From positions 576,001 through 640,000 of the forward strand of contig CAVVUN010000002.1 of assembly GCA_963751455.1 (NCBI GenBank): a DNA stretch of 64,000 nucleotides, in the 5' to 3' direction. Both the position numbers and the translations under genes were made by a program. The stretch comes from Nitrospirota bacterium. Its GTDB lineage: Bacteria > Nitrospirota > UBA9217. The stretch's first letter is position 1. Each line of letters starts with the position of its first letter. The notes below the pieces were generated by a model. That model saw nothing but the letters and a program-made list of their open reading frames with translations, ran no database searches and was not told the DNA's origin. Of this stretch, positions 60,807-64,000 are shown one piece after another.

Positions 60807-61292
60807 CTACATGATGCTATACAAAATACCATTCAGGTCACAACCGAGTGACCCGCTGTATGAGTAATCCCGCCAGTTAAGTACCAAACCTTTTCTGACC
60901 GGATTGTCGAGAATATACCTTATGTGTACTTCTAATTTATCGTCGGACCGTATGATATGATCATAAAAATCTTTTTGCCATTTTAGCTCAGGCCTGTGCG
61001 ACGATAACCAGAACCCGGTTTGTTGTTTATAATTTATTGCCGTTTTCCATAGATCAGAAGCATCTGATTGACCACTTATCAGTAAGTGCAGATGATCCGG
61101 CATGAAACAATAAACCGGCACGATGCAATTTTCTTTCTCTATAGTCTTTCTGAGAATATCTTTGAACACGCTTACGATATTTGCCTCAGCGAAAGACGGC
61201 TTTTTATCCTTCATGCATAATGTGAATGATACGGACACCGGTCCCTTATACAATTCCCTGGGCAACCTATGATTTTTTTCCCGTATCGACAT
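60807..61292 (-). CDS. REP-associated tyrosine transposase (RAYT; Y1 HUH family)
   Basis: RL....Y, F.T.C, YCFMPDHLHLL (HUH), WQ..FYDHIIR, YI..NPV.KGLV. Flanked by REPs. Confidence 0.92.
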   Translation of the reverse strand: MSIREKNHRLPRELYKGPVSVSFTLCMKDKKPSFAEANIVSVFKDILRKTIEKENCIVPVYCFMPDHLHLLISGQSDASDLWKTAINYKQQTGFWLSSHRPELKWQKDFYDHIIRSDDKLEVHIRYILDNPVRKGLVLNWRDYSYSGSLGCDLNGILYSIM

Positions 61293-61305
61293 ATTTATTA
61301 TGAGG

Positions 61306-61376
61306 CGCAGGCTGAAGCCTGCGGCTACCAAGCATGTGTCTTCCGTGAACAAACGCAGGCTAAAGCCTGCGGCTAC
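61306..61376 (-). repeat. Two GTAG-type REPs
   Basis: cgcaggctgaagcctgcggctac (61306-61328) and cgcaggctaaagcctgcggctac (61354-61376), inverted relative to the 60772 copy. Confidence 0.85.
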
Positions 61377-61387
61377 CGATTTTACCG

Positions 61388-62176
61388 TTATGTGTCTCTC
61401 TCGCGTTTTCTTCGTCCGGAAAGCATCAGATACGCAAAAAAAGACCCGATGAACAGGACCATCACTGTCCCGGTGATTTTCAGGATATTGAAGACATAGG
61501 ACTTTTTTACCGGGTCATAGCTGAAACAGTACATAAGCGCACGGCGGGAAGGAGAGCCGACCTTGCCTTCGGCTGCTTCGGTCAGGGCCATGGTCATCTC
61601 GAACGGCAAAAAACCCATGCCCTGGATGTAGCGGACGATCTTTCCGTCCCTGGTCGCGACGACGAGCGTGAGGGGATGTGAAAAATCGTGTTCGCCATCG
61701 CGCTGGAACCTGAAGCCGATCGAGTCGGTAACCGCTTTAATGTTTGAAGCGTCTCCGGTGACGAACTTCCAGGACTCCTCGGGAAACGGCTTGCCGATCG
61801 CCTTCAGATAATTTCTTTTTTTATCTCGAGCGATTTCGGGTGTGTCCCGCTCGTCAAAACTGAGCGCGATAACCGAGTAGTCGATGCCGGGCTTTACGAG
61901 CTGCATCCTGCCCAGCACTTGTGCGAGGCTGTTCAGGAGCATGGGGCATTCGTGCAGACACCCGAAATATACCGGCGCGATGATCGTCGGCTTGTCGATC
62001 ATGTCTTTTAAACGCATTTTTCGGCCGGCATCGTCCGTAAGCACGGCATCAGGGGCAACATATCCGTTCAATTTTTCATCGAGGCTCACGTCGGCTGTTG
62101 GTATCACGCTTCCGTTGCCTGAAGCCTGCGAAGCTGGTGCCAGCGTTATCAACAAGAGCAGAATCGATATTTTCAT
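61388..62176 (-). CDS. SCO-family copper chaperone
   Basis: YFGCLHECP (CxxxC), SFD..DT, W.F.TG, HP, C-terminal TM. First gene of the cox operon. Confidence 0.9.
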   Translation of the reverse strand: MKISILLLLITLAPASQASGNGSVIPTADVSLDEKLNGYVAPDAVLTDDAGRKMRLKDMIDKPTIIAPVYFGCLHECPMLLNSLAQVLGRMQLVKPGIDYSVIALSFDERDTPEIARDKKRNYLKAIGKPFPEESWKFVTGDASNIKAVTDSIGFRFQRDGEHDFSHPLTLVVATRDGKIVRYIQGMGFLPFEMTMALTEAAEGKVGSPSRRALMYCFSYDPVKKSYVFNILKITGTVMVLFIGSFFAYLMLSGRRKRERDT

Positions 62177-62375
62177 GGGCATTTAATCCCGGATAAAACG
62201 ATAACTTAAGTATGAATAAATATAGTGAATAATCTTAAGAATAGCGGAAAAATCAAAAAAGTCAAGATACTGCATCAATTACAACGCCTCGCTTGACACT
62301 CACTCCACGCACTGTATCATTTATTTATAGGTATACCCACGTCACTTTGCCTCGCTTTCCGTACCACAGGATTAC

Positions 62376-63797
62376 ATGAACATTCTTCTGATCAATACGA
62401 ACAGGAACTGCAACCCGGTTTCGGTCCTTCCTGCCGGCTTATGCATGGTCGCGGAGGCCGCAGAGCGAAAGGGGCATACGGTCAGGCTGCTCGATCTTCT
62501 GTTGGAGCGGGATCCGCTGGCAGCGACAAAGGCGGAAATCAGTAAGGGTTATGGCCTGGTCGGGTTGTCCGTCAGGAACATTGACAACAATGACATGCAA
62601 AGCCCTGTTTATTACATTAACGACGTGGCAGCGCTCGCTGATGCCATACGGTCGGCGTGCGATATCCCGATTGTGCTCGGCGGCGCTTCGCTCGCGGTCA
62701 TGCCGGAACAGATCATGCGGGCGACCGGGGTACCGATGGCGGTGACAGGGGACGGAGAGATTGTTTTTCCCGCGCTCGTTGAAAGACTGGCCGCGGGCAT
62801 GCCTTATGACGACCTTTCCGGCATCGCCACAATCAAGGACGGAATCTTTAGAGAAAATCCCCCTGTCCGTGACATTCCGTCAGGCTGCCGCGCCATTGAT
62901 TACACACGCTGGCTCGACTTGAAGACGTATTGCTCGCGCATGGCGACGGCGCCTATCCAGACAAAGCAGGGATGCCAGTTTCAATGTGTATACTGCACAT
63001 ACCGCAAAATTGAGGGCGCTCAGTACCGGTTGTCAGACCCGGCGGTTGTCGCTGAAACCGCCCAGAGGATGGCGAGGTCGGGCATGACGGACATTGAGTT
63101 TGTTGACAATGTATTTAACGCGCCCTACGCGCATGCACTGTCTATATGCGAGGAATTGATACGCGTAAAACCACGCGCCCGTTTCCAGTGCCTGGAGCTG
63201 AACCCCGCTTTTTTCGACCATGAACTGGTTGTTTCGATGGAACGGGCAGGATTCAAGGGCATCGGCATTACCGCGGAAAGCGCGTCAGACAGGGTGCTTA
63301 CAGGCCTCAAAAAAGGGTTCGGCTCCCGCGAAGTGCACGCGGCAGCGGATGCAGTAAGGGCGAACAAAATACCGTGCCTCTGGATATTCATGCTGGGCGG
63401 CCCAGGGGAAACGCGGGAAACGGTCAGGGAAACATTGAGGTTCGCGGAGAAGGTAACGAGACCGAACGATGCTGCGTTCTTCGGAATAGGAATACGCGTG
63501 TATCCCGGTACAGAGCTGGAATCCATAGCGCGAAACCAGGGCGTGCTTTCACATTCTGCCGATAGCATGCTTGAGCCCGTGTTCTATCTTTCTCCGGACG
63601 TCGACGCCCGCTGGTTGCTTCAGCAGGTGAAAAATTCCATGAATAATCATTTGAACTTCATAAGCCCCGATTCTCTCGGGTTTCGCTATCTTCCGCTCAT
63701 ACAACGGCTTGGATGCCGGCTGGGAGTGAAGACCCCTCTCTGGAGATATACAGGTCGCATCCGGAAGGGACTCCGTTCCTTAGGAATGGATGTGTAG
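62376..63797 (+). CDS. B12-binding radical SAM protein
   Basis: N-terminal B12-binding domain (P.GL..VA...GH.V..LD, GLSVRNIDN, LGG); QTKQGCQFQCVYC (CxxxCxxC); GGPGET, RVYPGT. Confidence 0.9.
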   Translation: MNILLINTNRNCNPVSVLPAGLCMVAEAAERKGHTVRLLDLLLERDPLAATKAEISKGYGLVGLSVRNIDNNDMQSPVYYINDVAALADAIRSACDIPIVLGGASLAVMPEQIMRATGVPMAVTGDGEIVFPALVERLAAGMPYDDLSGIATIKDGIFRENPPVRDIPSGCRAIDYTRWLDLKTYCSRMATAPIQTKQGCQFQCVYCTYRKIEGAQYRLSDPAVVAETAQRMARSGMTDIEFVDNVFNAPYAHALSICEELIRVKPRARFQCLELNPAFFDHELVVSMERAGFKGIGITAESASDRVLTGLKKGFGSREVHAAADAVRANKIPCLWIFMLGGPGETRETVRETLRFAEKVTRPNDAAFFGIGIRVYPGTELESIARNQGVLSHSADSMLEPVFYLSPDVDARWLLQQVKNSMNNHLNFISPDSLGFRYLPLIQRLGCRLGVKTPLWRYTGRIRKGLRSLGMDV

Positions 63798-63887
63798 GGT
63801 CAGAGCCTTGATCTGAAAGATCGGTGGGGACACAGTACACCAAAGAGCAGGTGGCAACAGGGTCGTCCATCCTAAAAAGGCAGTTGG

Positions 63888-63999
63888 ACGCAGATAAACG
63901 CAGAAACGTCGGATTAAATCGAAGACTTGGATCGAAACGAAAAGTCACCAAATGAAGTAATGGTTTTTTATTTATCTTTATCCGATGTTATCCGATTTT
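63888..63999. repeat. CGCAGA/CGGAT-type inverted repeat arrays (partly truncated by the window edge)
   Basis: gacgcagataaacgcagaaacgtcggatt faces atccgatgttatccgattt. Confidence 0.55.
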
Positions 64000-64000
64000 T

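Overview
This is bacterial chromosomal DNA with moderately high GC. The gene content suggests Nitrospirota or Desulfobacterota, which is inference only. In order, the window holds: the 3' part of a fimbrial usher gene; a complete trpEGDCFBA operon; a four-gene cyclic-nucleotide signalling cassette (GAF-GAF-HD-GYP, Crp-family protein, CHASE2 cyclase, class II-like phosphodiesterase) between trpA and accD; mixed housekeeping and accessory genes, including a rhodanese-ferritin-like fusion with an in-frame TGA and SECIS-like hairpin (probable selenoprotein); and a respiratory region (Cyc2-like cytochrome-porin, octaheme cytochrome, nrfHA, cydAB, A2-type cytochrome c oxidase operon). The strongest finding is an IS110 element (53833-55465) that can be read in full from sequence. 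It has CT cores at both ends, a TTGACA-17-TATATT promoter that forms only on circularisation, and a downstream two-loop bridge-RNA candidate. The guides of that RNA match the element's own junction and an intergenic CGCRAAG repeat, one copy of which the element interrupts. The window also has a RAYT flanked by REPs inside the cox operon, a MITE/REPIN, several gene scars, and three single-base-deletion frameshifts that may be sequencing errors. I saw no rRNA, tRNA or CRISPR array. All product calls come from motif recognition, not database searches.
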